From: Myxococcota bacterium
Lineage (GTDB): Bacteria > Myxococcota_A > UBA9160 > PR03
Assembly (NCBI GenBank): GCA_035506135.1
Contig: DATJPY010000014.1
Span: 23,472-87,471, forward strand
Length of the DNA stretch: 64,000 bases
Direction: 5' to 3'
The position numbers and the translations under genes are program-made. Within the stretch, counting starts at the first letter, position 1, and each line of letters starts with the position of its first letter. The notes under the pieces are model-generated. The model was not told where the DNA came from and did not search any database. It saw only the letters and a program-made list of their open reading frames with translations. This document shows positions 40,037-48,233 of the stretch, piece after piece.

Positions 40037-41356
40037 TCAGCTCTCGGCCGGGAGCACGGGGAGCTCGTGCTTGCCGCCGTGCAGCGCGTCGCGCATCGCG
40101 GGATGCGCAATCGCGGCGAGCGCCTCGGCGCGCTCCTGACAGGTGAGCCCGGCGAGCTCCGCCGCGCCGTACTCCGTCACCACGACGTCGATCTGGTGTC
40201 GCGGGGTGGTGACGCAGGCGCCGGCCGGGAACGCGCTCACGATGCGCGAGATGCGGCCGGCCGCGGTCCGGGCCGTCGACGGCAGGCAGACCAGCGAGCG
40301 CCCGCCGTCGGAGAGGGCCGCCCCCGCGACGAAGTCCTCGTGCCCGCCGATGCCGGAGTGCTGGCGGTCGCCGATGCGGTCCGCGATCACCTGCCCCAGC
40401 AGGTCGATCGAGAGCGCGCCGTTGATCGACACCATGCGGCGGTTGCGGGCGATGCGCGACGGGTCGTTCACGAGATCCACCGGCAGGAAGCGGACGGCCT
40501 CGTTGCCGTCGAGCCACTCGTTGAGCGCGTGGCTCCCGAACGCGAAGGTCGCCACCGAGAAGCCGTCGAACAGGCCCTTGCGGTTGGTGACCTTGCCCGC
40601 GCGGTGCAGCGCCATGAGCCCATCCGTGAACATCTCGCTGTGGACGCCGTAGTCGCCTCCCGGCCCGTCCGCGAGCAGCCGCGCGATCTGGCTGGGGACG
40701 CCGCCAATCCCGGTCTGCAGCGTGCAGCCGTCCGAGATGAACCGGCGCGCGTGCTCGGCGATGCGGATCTCGACCGCGCTCGGCACGGCCTCGGGGAGCG
40801 CCGGGAGCGGGCGGTCGCTCTCGACGATCACGTCGATCTCCGAGAGGTGGAGCGCGTGGCGGTGCGCGGGGAGAAGGCCGAGCGTGCGCGGCAGCGCCGG
40901 GTTCACCTCGACGACGAGCAGCCGCTCGGGGTCGCGGCCGCAGCGATGCAGCTCGTCGACCGTGGCGCCCGCGTGCAGAGAGAGAGAGAGCCAGCCGTCG
41001 GCGGAGGACGGCGCGGCGAGGGTCGTCATCACCCGCGGCGAGAGCGCGCGGGCGAAGGAGGCGAAGCGACGGAAGTCGGCCGCCACGAAGCAGACGTCGT
41101 GGCCGGCCGCGGCCAGCGCCCGTTCGACGGGCCCGTAGAAGCCCGAGAGCAGCCGCACCCCGGGCCGCGTGAAGAGTGGGTAGGCGTCGAGCAGGAGGGC
41201 GGAGAACACGGTGAGCGCGCGCCAGTCGTCGCGCGCTCCGAGGGCATGCAGGAAGGCCCCGGGCTGGCCGGGACCGAGCGGGACGCCGAGCGTGTCGTCC
41301 GGCCGCACGCACGCCGCGGCCTCCGCCAGCGTGAGCACCCTCGCGCTCTTCCCCAT
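40037..41356 (-). CDS. acetyl-CoA hydrolase/transferase family protein (4-hydroxybutyrate CoA-transferase-like)
   Basis: 439 aa from ATG 41356 within track ORF 40037-42109. LQTGIGGVPSQIA, VHSEMFTDG, SINGALSIDLLGQV and HSGIGGHEDF motifs. Confidence 0.85.
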   Translation of the reverse strand: MGKSARVLTLAEAAACVRPDDTLGVPLGPGQPGAFLHALGARDDWRALTVFSALLLDAYPLFTRPGVRLLSGFYGPVERALAAAGHDVCFVAADFRRFASFARALSPRVMTTLAAPSSADGWLSLSLHAGATVDELHRCGRDPERLLVVEVNPALPRTLGLLPAHRHALHLSEIDVIVESDRPLPALPEAVPSAVEIRIAEHARRFISDGCTLQTGIGGVPSQIARLLADGPGGDYGVHSEMFTDGLMALHRAGKVTNRKGLFDGFSVATFAFGSHALNEWLDGNEAVRFLPVDLVNDPSRIARNRRMVSINGALSIDLLGQVIADRIGDRQHSGIGGHEDFVAGAALSDGGRSLVCLPSTARTAAGRISRIVSAFPAGACVTTPRHQIDVVVTEYGAAELAGLTCQERAEALAAIAHPAMRDALHGGKHELPVLPAES

Positions 41357-42447
41357 CAGTCGACGCGCACGCGGCGCCCGCCGCCCGAGAGCGAGAGGTC
41401 GGCGACCTCCGCCACTGCGTTGCCATGTTGGAACAGGCTGACCGCGATCAGCCATACCGCGGTGATCCGCGCGGGCGGCTCGGAGCGGGCTACGGCATGC
41501 CGCCAGTCCGAGAGCACGTTCCGCCGCTCCGCGCACCAGGCGCCGAGTCCTTCCTTCCCCGAACGCACCACCAGATGCGTCTCGCGAGCGTTCCAGTGCG
41601 GCAGCGGACACGCATACGCGTTGCCGACCGGGAGCGCGGCGCTCCAGTACCAGGTGAGGTCGGTCCCGTCGTCGAACTCGAGCGCGACGCTCAGGTAGTC
41701 GTGCGTCGGGAGCGTGTCCTCGGCGCGCGCGGAGGGAAGCTCGAGGACCCGCCAGCTCCAGCTCAGCTCGGTGTCGAAGGACAGAGGGAAGTCCACCGGG
41801 CGCCGCAGGATCCCGACGTCGTTCTCCGCGCGAAGGGCGATCGCGTCCCGCCCGCCGGAGCGCGCGCGGGTAAAGACGTCGGCGCGGCCGAGGAACCAGA
41901 GGTAGTCCCAGCCCTTGGGCGGCTCGACGGGCGCTGCGCGCCGCGCCGCCTCGGCAGCGAGCCACGGGTCGCCCGATCGCTCCGTGCCGAGCGCCGCCAT
42001 CCCGGCCTCCGCGCCGTCGCGCCATCGGATCGCGACGACGTCGATCCCGCCGCGCAGCGCCGCGTAGCCGTCGATCGGAGTGGCCAGATCGCCCTGCCGA
42101 TTGGCCCACTCGCCCGAGTAGATCGCGAGGTGGAGGCGGCCGCTCTCGGCGGCGCGAACCGTCGTGGTGTCCCGGGTCGGGTTGAAGATCGTCCCACGCT
42201 CGCCGATGCGGCCCCAGAGATAGAGGCGCGGGCCGCCCCAGAGATCCAGATCCTCCGAGAGGACGACGCGACCGCTCGCCAGCAGCGTGACGTCGTCACC
42301 CGCCGCGATCTCCATCCCGGTGTCGGTCCAGGGCGGCACGTGCGCAGGCAGATGGAGCGCGCGCAGATCTGCCACCGCGCGGAGCGCGCCCGCGCCGGCG
42401 CGATCCAGGATCGCCTGGTAGTGCGCTTGCAACGCCTCGGCCGACAC
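41356..42447 (-). CDS. DUF3047-like domain protein with unknown N-terminal domain
   Basis: Track ORF 41356-42492 begins at TTG. GTG 42447 is preceded by GAGGAG at 5-nt spacing. The C-terminal half (LSWSWRVLELP...THDYLSVALEFDDGTDLTWYWSAALPVGNAYACP...VVRSG) resembles DUF3047. The stop overlaps the next start. Confidence 0.6.
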   Translation of the reverse strand: MSAEALQAHYQAILDRAGAGALRAVADLRALHLPAHVPPWTDTGMEIAAGDDVTLLASGRVVLSEDLDLWGGPRLYLWGRIGERGTIFNPTRDTTTVRAAESGRLHLAIYSGEWANRQGDLATPIDGYAALRGGIDVVAIRWRDGAEAGMAALGTERSGDPWLAAEAARRAAPVEPPKGWDYLWFLGRADVFTRARSGGRDAIALRAENDVGILRRPVDFPLSFDTELSWSWRVLELPSARAEDTLPTHDYLSVALEFDDGTDLTWYWSAALPVGNAYACPLPHWNARETHLVVRSGKEGLGAWCAERRNVLSDWRHAVARSEPPARITAVWLIAVSLFQHGNAVAEVADLSLSGGGRRVRVD

Positions 42448-42561
42448 GCGCTCTCCTCGGTCAAGTCTCGACGATCTCGGGCGCGTGGGCAAACGCGGCG
42501 CGCGCCCTCCTTTCGGCCCGCGACAGGGCGGCTACCCTGCGCGCCTGGAGGTTCCCCATCG

Positions 42562-43305
42562 ATGCGCGTCCGCACTCTCTGGCTGGCTGCCGTACCCGTC
42601 CTGGCGGTCGGCGTGGCGATCCCCGTCCTCGTCTCGCGCGCCGAGACCAAGCTGGGCACCGAGGACGAGAAGACCATCTACGTGCTCGGCTACACGCTCG
42701 CGGGGAAGCTCGGGCCCTTCCAGGGACTCAGTGGCAGCGACCTCGACGCGCTGGTCGCGGGTCTGCGCGACGGGATCAGCAGCGCCAAGCCGCAGATCGA
42801 TCCGATGGTCTACGGGCCGAAGATCTCCGCGCTCGCGCAGGCGCGCGGGGCAAAGCTGGCGGAGCAGGACAAGCAGCAGGCCGAGCAGGAGAAGGCGGCG
42901 AGCGCCGACTTCCTCTCCAAGGCGGCCGCCGAGAAGGGAGCGACGAAGACGCCCTCCGGCCTGATCATCCGCGTGATCAAGGAAGGCAGCGGCCCGTCGC
43001 CGACGGAGAATGATACGGTCAAGGTCAACTACCACGGCACGCTGCGCGACGGCTCGGTGTTCGACAGCTCGATCGAGCGCGGCGAGCCGGCGACCTTCCC
43101 GACCAACCGCGTGATTCCTTGCTGGACCGAGGCGCTCAAGACGATGAAGGTCGGCGAGAAGGCGCACATCACGTGCCCGGCGGACATCGCCTACGGCGAC
43201 CACGGAATGCCGCCGCGCATCAAGCCCGGCGCGGCGCTCGCGTTCGACGTCGAGCTGCTCGACATCGTGAAGACGCCCGCGGGAGCGAAGTCGACCACCC
43301 AGTAG
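42562..43305 (+). CDS. FKBP-type peptidyl-prolyl cis-trans isomerase (FkpA/Mip-like, secreted)
   Basis: 247 aa from ATG 42562, with GGAGG upstream. Signal peptide and helical region, then an FKBP domain (VKVNYHGTLRDGSVFDSS, IPCWTEALKTMKVGEK, GAALAFDVELLDI). Confidence 0.9.
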   Translation: MRVRTLWLAAVPVLAVGVAIPVLVSRAETKLGTEDEKTIYVLGYTLAGKLGPFQGLSGSDLDALVAGLRDGISSAKPQIDPMVYGPKISALAQARGAKLAEQDKQQAEQEKAASADFLSKAAAEKGATKTPSGLIIRVIKEGSGPSPTENDTVKVNYHGTLRDGSVFDSSIERGEPATFPTNRVIPCWTEALKTMKVGEKAHITCPADIAYGDHGMPPRIKPGAALAFDVELLDIVKTPAGAKSTTQ

Positions 43306-43489
43306 CGAGGGCGGCGCGTCCGGCGCGCAGCCGGGGCGCGGAGACCGCAACCGCGCGGAAGCCGGCACGTCCGGTCTCTACGATCGCTGCCGGATTCACG
43401 AAAACGTCATCCAGCGCGATCGACCGCGGGCAAAGTTTTCTTCCCTGAACCCGCGGAAGAAGATAGACTCCGCTCGCTCGAGTAGTCGG

Positions 43490-44440
43490 ATGAGTGCGCA
43501 GAATCCCGTCACCAAAACGTCGTTTGAAAACGAGTTCGGCAGCCGCGACGAGACGCGGCCGAGCGAGCTCACGCGCCTGGAGGCGCTGCTCGCCGAGGCG
43601 CGCATGGCGCGCATGCCGGTGCTGCGCCGACTGCGCCTGGTCGCGACGATCGGCCACCGACTCGACGGCTTCTTCCAGCTCCAGGTCCCGGGGCTGCGGA
43701 CGCGCGGCCGCCTCGCGCCGGTGCGCGCGCGCGTCGACGCGCTGGCCACCTCGGCCCGGGCACTGCTCGAGTCCGAGCTTCTGCCGGCCCTGGCGCAGCG
43801 CGGGATCCTGCTCGCGACGTGGGACGCGATCGCGTCGGAGCAGCGAGCCGCCCTGAGCCGGCTCTTCGCTGCGGAGATCTCCCCCCTGCTGACGCCTCTC
43901 ATCGTCGACGCCGGTCATCCCTTCCCGTGCGTCGCCAGCCTGGCGTTGAACCTCGCGGTGATGGCGCGGCCTCCGCGCCAGGCCGAAGCCCGCTACGTCG
44001 GGATCGAGGTACCGCCTACCCTGCCGCGCTTCGTCGCGCTCCCCGCGACGGGGATCGTTCTCCGCACCGAAGACGTGATCGGCGCCAATCTCGGCGTCCT
44101 CCTCCCCGGCCTCGACGTCGTCTGCCACCACGTCTTCCGCGTCACCCGCGACGGGCGCCCGCGACGCGCGGCGGGTCCGGGGTCGGCGGATACCTCCGGC
44201 CCGAGCCCCCGGACGCGGGCCGCGGTGCGCCTCGAGCTCGATGCGGCGACGCCTCCCGCGCTGCGCAGCCTGCTGGTCCAGGCGCTCGCGCTGCACGCGG
44301 ATGACGCGTACGACGTGGAGGGCGCGCTCGATCTCTGCGGGCTCGCGTCGCTCCCCATCGCTCGCGCGTTGCACGGGTCGCCGGCCGGGCTCGCCTTCGC
44401 CACGACGAGGGCTCCCGATTCCGGCCGCGAGTGGGCGTAG
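43490..44440 (+). CDS. polyphosphate kinase 1 N-terminal half only (N and head domains; catalytic C1/C2 domains absent)
   Basis: 316 aa. PVLRRLRLVATIGHRLDGFF corresponds to PLLERLkFlaI.sNLDEFF. ISPLLTPLIVDAGHPFPCVASLALNLAV, LPRFVALP...LRTEDVIGANL and FRVTRDG are PPK1 N/H-domain motifs. The ORF stops where the C1 domain (HHPY.SF) should begin. Confidence 0.7.
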   Translation: MSAQNPVTKTSFENEFGSRDETRPSELTRLEALLAEARMARMPVLRRLRLVATIGHRLDGFFQLQVPGLRTRGRLAPVRARVDALATSARALLESELLPALAQRGILLATWDAIASEQRAALSRLFAAEISPLLTPLIVDAGHPFPCVASLALNLAVMARPPRQAEARYVGIEVPPTLPRFVALPATGIVLRTEDVIGANLGVLLPGLDVVCHHVFRVTRDGRPRRAAGPGSADTSGPSPRTRAAVRLELDAATPPALRSLLVQALALHADDAYDVEGALDLCGLASLPIARALHGSPAGLAFATTRAPDSGREWA

Positions 44441-44981
44441 CGCGGGCGGGCGCCCGGAGGCCTCGTCCAAGGCGCTCTGGCTGCTGCGGCACGCCAAGTC
44501 GAGCTGGGACGACGCCGCGCTCGACGACCACGATCGGCCGCTGAACCGGCGCGGCGAGCACGCGGCCGCGGAGGTGGCAGCCGCCCTGGCACGGCATCCC
44601 GACCCGCCCTCGCTGGCGCTCTGCTCGCCGGCGAAGCGGACGCTCGCGACGCTCGAGCCGATCCAGGACGCGCTCGGGGCGCGCCTGCGCACCGAGATCG
44701 AGCCGGAGCTCTATCTGGCAGGCGCTGAAGCACTCCTCGCGCGCGTCGCTCGCCTCCCCGAGCGCGAGCGCAGCGTGATGCTGATCGGCCACAACCCAGG
44801 CCTGCACGAGCTCGCCGTGCAGCTCGCCGCGCGCGGCGCTCGCGGGGAGCTGGCGAGGCTGCGCGCCAAGCTGCCTACCGCGGCGCTCGCAATCCTCGAG
44901 CTCGACGTCGCGCGCTGGCGCGACGTCGGCCCGGGATGCGCGACGCTGGTGGAGATCCGGACCCCGCGCGGGCGGGACTGA
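44301..44981 (+). CDS. SixA-like histidine phosphatase family protein, start codon unresolved
   Basis: The conserved region begins at about 44469 (KALWLLRHAKSSW...DRPLNRRGEHAA...LIGHNPGLHELA). The only in-frame ATG/GTG/TTG codons upstream are ATG 44301 and ATG 44241. Both overlap the PPK-like ORF by 140-200 nt. Confidence 0.55.
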   Translation: MTRTTWRARSISAGSRRSPSLARCTGRRPGSPSPRRGLPIPAASGRSAGGRPEASSKALWLLRHAKSSWDDAALDDHDRPLNRRGEHAAAEVAAALARHPDPPSLALCSPAKRTLATLEPIQDALGARLRTEIEPELYLAGAEALLARVARLPERERSVMLIGHNPGLHELAVQLAARGARGELARLRAKLPTAALAILELDVARWRDVGPGCATLVEIRTPRGRD

Positions 44982-44995
44982 TCCTCGCTAGCAAC

Positions 44996-47992
44996 TCACG
45001 AGTTGCAGTTCGACTTCGTCCCGACGCAGATCGGCATCTCCTCGCTGAGCGGCCCCGCCGGATTCTGGATCTGGAGCAGGTGCAGTCCGACGCTCAGACT
45101 CTGCGTGATGTCGATCGAGACGTTGCCGTTCACGCAGAAGCCGTTCGCCTGCCCCGCCAGACAGGTCAGCGTCGCCGTGGCGGGCTGGCCGTCGATGAAG
45201 AACTGCACCGCCGTGCGGACGTCGGTGCCAACGAACGTGATCGGCGGCGGGTTGGACGCATTCGCCGACGAGATCACCGGGATCGGCGGATCGCCCGTGA
45301 CGCCGGTCCCCGTCGCTGTGAGCGCGAGCAGCGGCTGCGGAGAGCTGTCGGTGCCCCAGCCCGAGCGCAGCTCCGCCGTCATGGTGACGATCGTCGTGCC
45401 CGCCTGTGCCTCGGAGATGAGCTGCGACCGCGTCAACGAGACCGTCCCATAGTCGTCCGTGTAGGTCCCGTTCCCGAACGAGAGCCCCACCGTCGTCCCG
45501 CTGCGCTCCCCGTCTGCCCGCAGGTTGACCAGTCCCCGCGTGTCGGCGGCCTCGAGCGTGTTCAGCCAGGTGTTCGTGCTGGTGAGCGCTGCTCCCGACG
45601 TGGTGCGAACGTTCAGCTCCACCTGGCGGCCCTGCGCGCCCGAGAAGCCCATCGTGGCTGCTTCCTCGAACATCTGGAAGATGTTCAGCGGCCGCACATT
45701 GTAGACGGGCTGGAAGATCGCGAAGGCCGCGCCGAACGTCGTGATCTCGCGCATGCCCTGCGTCGGGCTCCACTTGATCGGCGTCTCGAGCGGGCTGATC
45801 CCCGCTGCCGAGAAGCCGCCGTTGGCGAAGCCGAGCACGCCCTCCGCCGCCGTCGGTCCGATCGAGAACTGAACGAAGCGATCGGTCATGCCGCGCATGG
45901 TCGGCACGTCGAAGCCGTTGAGCGTCTTCGAGTTCGTGCCGGCCATGAGCGGGAGCTGATGGCACCCGGCGTCCGAGTCGGCGCAGGTGTCGGGGTCGCT
46001 CACGTTGCCGCCCTGGTCGATGAAGAAGTCCTTGAAGCCCCGCAGCGCACCCGCCATCGTGGTGCTCGCCGTGCCGTCCCCGTTCGGCACCGGCACCGAG
46101 GCGGCCGGCGAGAGCACGTCGGTCATGCGGCGCGAGCGCGCCGGCGGATACGAGACGCCCGCCAGGTAGGTCGCCTCGTCGTCCTTCTGCTGCTCGGTGA
46201 GCAGGAGCCCGCCCGACGGACACGGGCCGCCGGACTGATCGCACATCACGCCCGAATTGGCTGCGTTGATGAGGTCGCGGAAGCAGGTGTGGTCGCCGCC
46301 GGCACCCTGCGTGAGCGTGCAGTCGGTCCCGCCGCTCCCGCTGAACCCGACGGCGCCGTTCCCGCCGCCGAACGGATCGCCGAGCGTGCCGTCCCAATGG
46401 AGCGGCAGGGTGTTCTTGAGTCCGCGCACCGGCATGGTCGTGCGCGGCTCGTCGCCCGGCGTGCAGCCGATCGAGGCCGAGCAGGCGCCGCCGATCCGCC
46501 ACAGGAGCTGGTCGGTGTTGCCGTCCGGATGGCAGCTCGCACACGAGAAGCTGCCGGAGGTGGCGGCGAAGCCGTCGTTGAAGACGATGCGCCCACGCCG
46601 GATCGGGTCGGGCGTCTTGTCGCCGAAGAGCTTGATCGTGGTCGGCGTCACGACCGGCGCTGCGGTCTTGGACACCGCGACCACCGACACGGAGTTGTCG
46701 AGCGTGTTGAGGACGTACGCGGTCTGCGGAGCGCCCGTGACGTCCGACAGCAGCGCGACGCCGCGCGGGATCTGTACGCCGAACGACGCGCCCGACCCGA
46801 GATCCGCCATCCCGAGCTGTGCGAGCGTCGCGGCGTTCAAGCTCGCGACGCGGCTCGTGCCCGCGGCCGTGATGACGAGGGTCGAGCCGTCGTTCGACAC
46901 GGCGACCCCGTAGGGCGTGGCGAGCGCGTTGGCCTGGGTCGGGCTCCCGCCCTCGAGATCCTGCTGCGCGGCCGTCGTGTCGCAGGTGGTGGTGCCGCTC
47001 GAGGTGTTGCAGTTCACCGCGGCGACCCGGTTCAGGAACATGCGGTTGCCGAGCCCCGCGAGCGTCTGGCCGTCGGCCCCGTTCACGACGTTGCGCGCGT
47101 CGGTCTCGGTGATGAAGACGCGCTCGCTGTTGGCGCTCGTCGGGGTCACCGCGACGCCGTAGAGCAGCGTCCCGATCCCGTTCACCACCGTCTTCTCCGC
47201 GAGCGTGCTGACGTCGTACACGAACAGGTCGCGGTCGGGGTTCACGGTGTCGAAGATGATGTTCTTGACCTTGCCCGGGAGGTTCGGGTTCTGGGCGAAG
47301 GTGGCGAGGTCGGTAATGCCGACGGTGCAGCCGGCCGGCAGCGGGGTCGTGATGCTGCCGCACGCCGAGAGCTGCGACTGGTTGCCCGACTCGAAGGCGA
47401 CCACGAAGAGCCGGCCGTTCGCGACCGCCATCGCGCGCGGCTCCTGCGCCCGCACGTTGATGCTGCCGGTCACCGTGCGCGCGTTGGCGTCGATCACGGC
47501 GATCTGGTTGCGCGAGGAGAGCGCCACGAAGGCGCGCGACCCGTCCGCGCTGAATGCGATGCCGACCGGCTCGTCGAACTGGGTGACCTGGTTGCTGTCG
47601 ATCGCCTGGATCGTGTCGATCACCCGGTAGCGGGTGGGGCTCGCGGGATCGACGTCGATCACGCTCACCGTGTCGGAGACGTGGTTCGAGACCCAGAGCT
47701 CGTTCGCGGTCGGACGCACGGCGACGCTCACCGGATCCACGCCGACGGGGATGCTCACGACCTCGTAGTTCAGGCTCGTGTCGATCACGCCCACCACGTT
47801 CGCGGTGGTGTGGGCGACGTAGAGCTCGCTGCCGTCGGGCGAGAGCGCGATCGGGTTCGACTGCGGGCTCTCGAAGAGCTGGAAGCCGACGGTCTCCGAG
47901 ACGCGCGGCCGCCCCGCGGAGGCGACTCCCGCCAACGCGACCCCCGCGATGACCACCACGGCCGAACGTGCGATCCGAGGTCCGATCCCCAC
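44996..47992 (-). CDS. large secreted YVTN-type beta-propeller repeat protein with cytochrome c (CxxCH) motif and C-terminal Ig-like region
   Basis: Track ORF 44996-48241. GTG 47992 is preceded by GGGGGAAG and gives a signal peptide (IARSAVVVIAGVALAGVASA). Repeats include SPDGSELYVAHTTANVVGVIDT, ANELWVSNHVSDTVSVIDVD and DGSRAFVALSSRNQIAVIDA. SCASCHPDGNTD is encoded at 46529-46543. Confidence 0.8.
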   Translation of the reverse strand: MGIGPRIARSAVVVIAGVALAGVASAGRPRVSETVGFQLFESPQSNPIALSPDGSELYVAHTTANVVGVIDTSLNYEVVSIPVGVDPVSVAVRPTANELWVSNHVSDTVSVIDVDPASPTRYRVIDTIQAIDSNQVTQFDEPVGIAFSADGSRAFVALSSRNQIAVIDANARTVTGSINVRAQEPRAMAVANGRLFVVAFESGNQSQLSACGSITTPLPAGCTVGITDLATFAQNPNLPGKVKNIIFDTVNPDRDLFVYDVSTLAEKTVVNGIGTLLYGVAVTPTSANSERVFITETDARNVVNGADGQTLAGLGNRMFLNRVAAVNCNTSSGTTTCDTTAAQQDLEGGSPTQANALATPYGVAVSNDGSTLVITAAGTSRVASLNAATLAQLGMADLGSGASFGVQIPRGVALLSDVTGAPQTAYVLNTLDNSVSVVAVSKTAAPVVTPTTIKLFGDKTPDPIRRGRIVFNDGFAATSGSFSCASCHPDGNTDQLLWRIGGACSASIGCTPGDEPRTTMPVRGLKNTLPLHWDGTLGDPFGGGNGAVGFSGSGGTDCTLTQGAGGDHTCFRDLINAANSGVMCDQSGGPCPSGGLLLTEQQKDDEATYLAGVSYPPARSRRMTDVLSPAASVPVPNGDGTASTTMAGALRGFKDFFIDQGGNVSDPDTCADSDAGCHQLPLMAGTNSKTLNGFDVPTMRGMTDRFVQFSIGPTAAEGVLGFANGGFSAAGISPLETPIKWSPTQGMREITTFGAAFAIFQPVYNVRPLNIFQMFEEAATMGFSGAQGRQVELNVRTTSGAALTSTNTWLNTLEAADTRGLVNLRADGERSGTTVGLSFGNGTYTDDYGTVSLTRSQLISEAQAGTTIVTMTAELRSGWGTDSSPQPLLALTATGTGVTGDPPIPVISSANASNPPPITFVGTDVRTAVQFFIDGQPATATLTCLAGQANGFCVNGNVSIDITQSLSVGLHLLQIQNPAGPLSEEMPICVGTKSNCNS

Positions 47993-48233
47993 GATGCTTC
48001 CCCCAAAATCCGCGCTCCGGCGCGACGCCGGCCGGGCGCGACTCGACACCCTCGAGGCTGCTTCCTGGGTACACAGCAGCGTGCCGACCGACCGCCTGGG
48101 AACGGAGGCACGGCACGAAACACACCCGGCGCCGATTCTCGCACATGGACCGGCGGCGCGAAGGGGTTTTGTTGGACGCCCGGTAGAATTCGCTGAGATT
48201 CTCCCCCGCGGGGCTCCCATTTCTTCCAGTCGC

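Noticed and set aside
44991-45006. Hairpin GCAACTC-AC-GAGTTGC between the convergent SixA-like and beta-propeller genes as a bidirectional terminator
   Set aside because: The inverted repeat is perfect, but the loop is only 2 nt, the stem is short and there is no U-tract. It also overlaps the minus-strand gene's stop codon, so it is not convincing as an intrinsic terminator.
45958-45985. Second haem-binding site in the beta-propeller protein (CADSDAGCH)
   Set aside because: The spacing is C-x6-CH, not CxxCH or any unconventional haem c motif I know. A disulfide or metal site is more likely, so I do not claim a di-haem protein.
44936-48196. 1086-aa plus-strand ORF and 1052-aa minus-strand ORF (44988-48146) overlapping the beta-propeller gene
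   Set aside because: Both translate to Arg/Gly/Asp/His-rich nonsense. The third overlapping frame (44996-47992, minus strand) carries a signal peptide, YVTN repeats and CxxCH.
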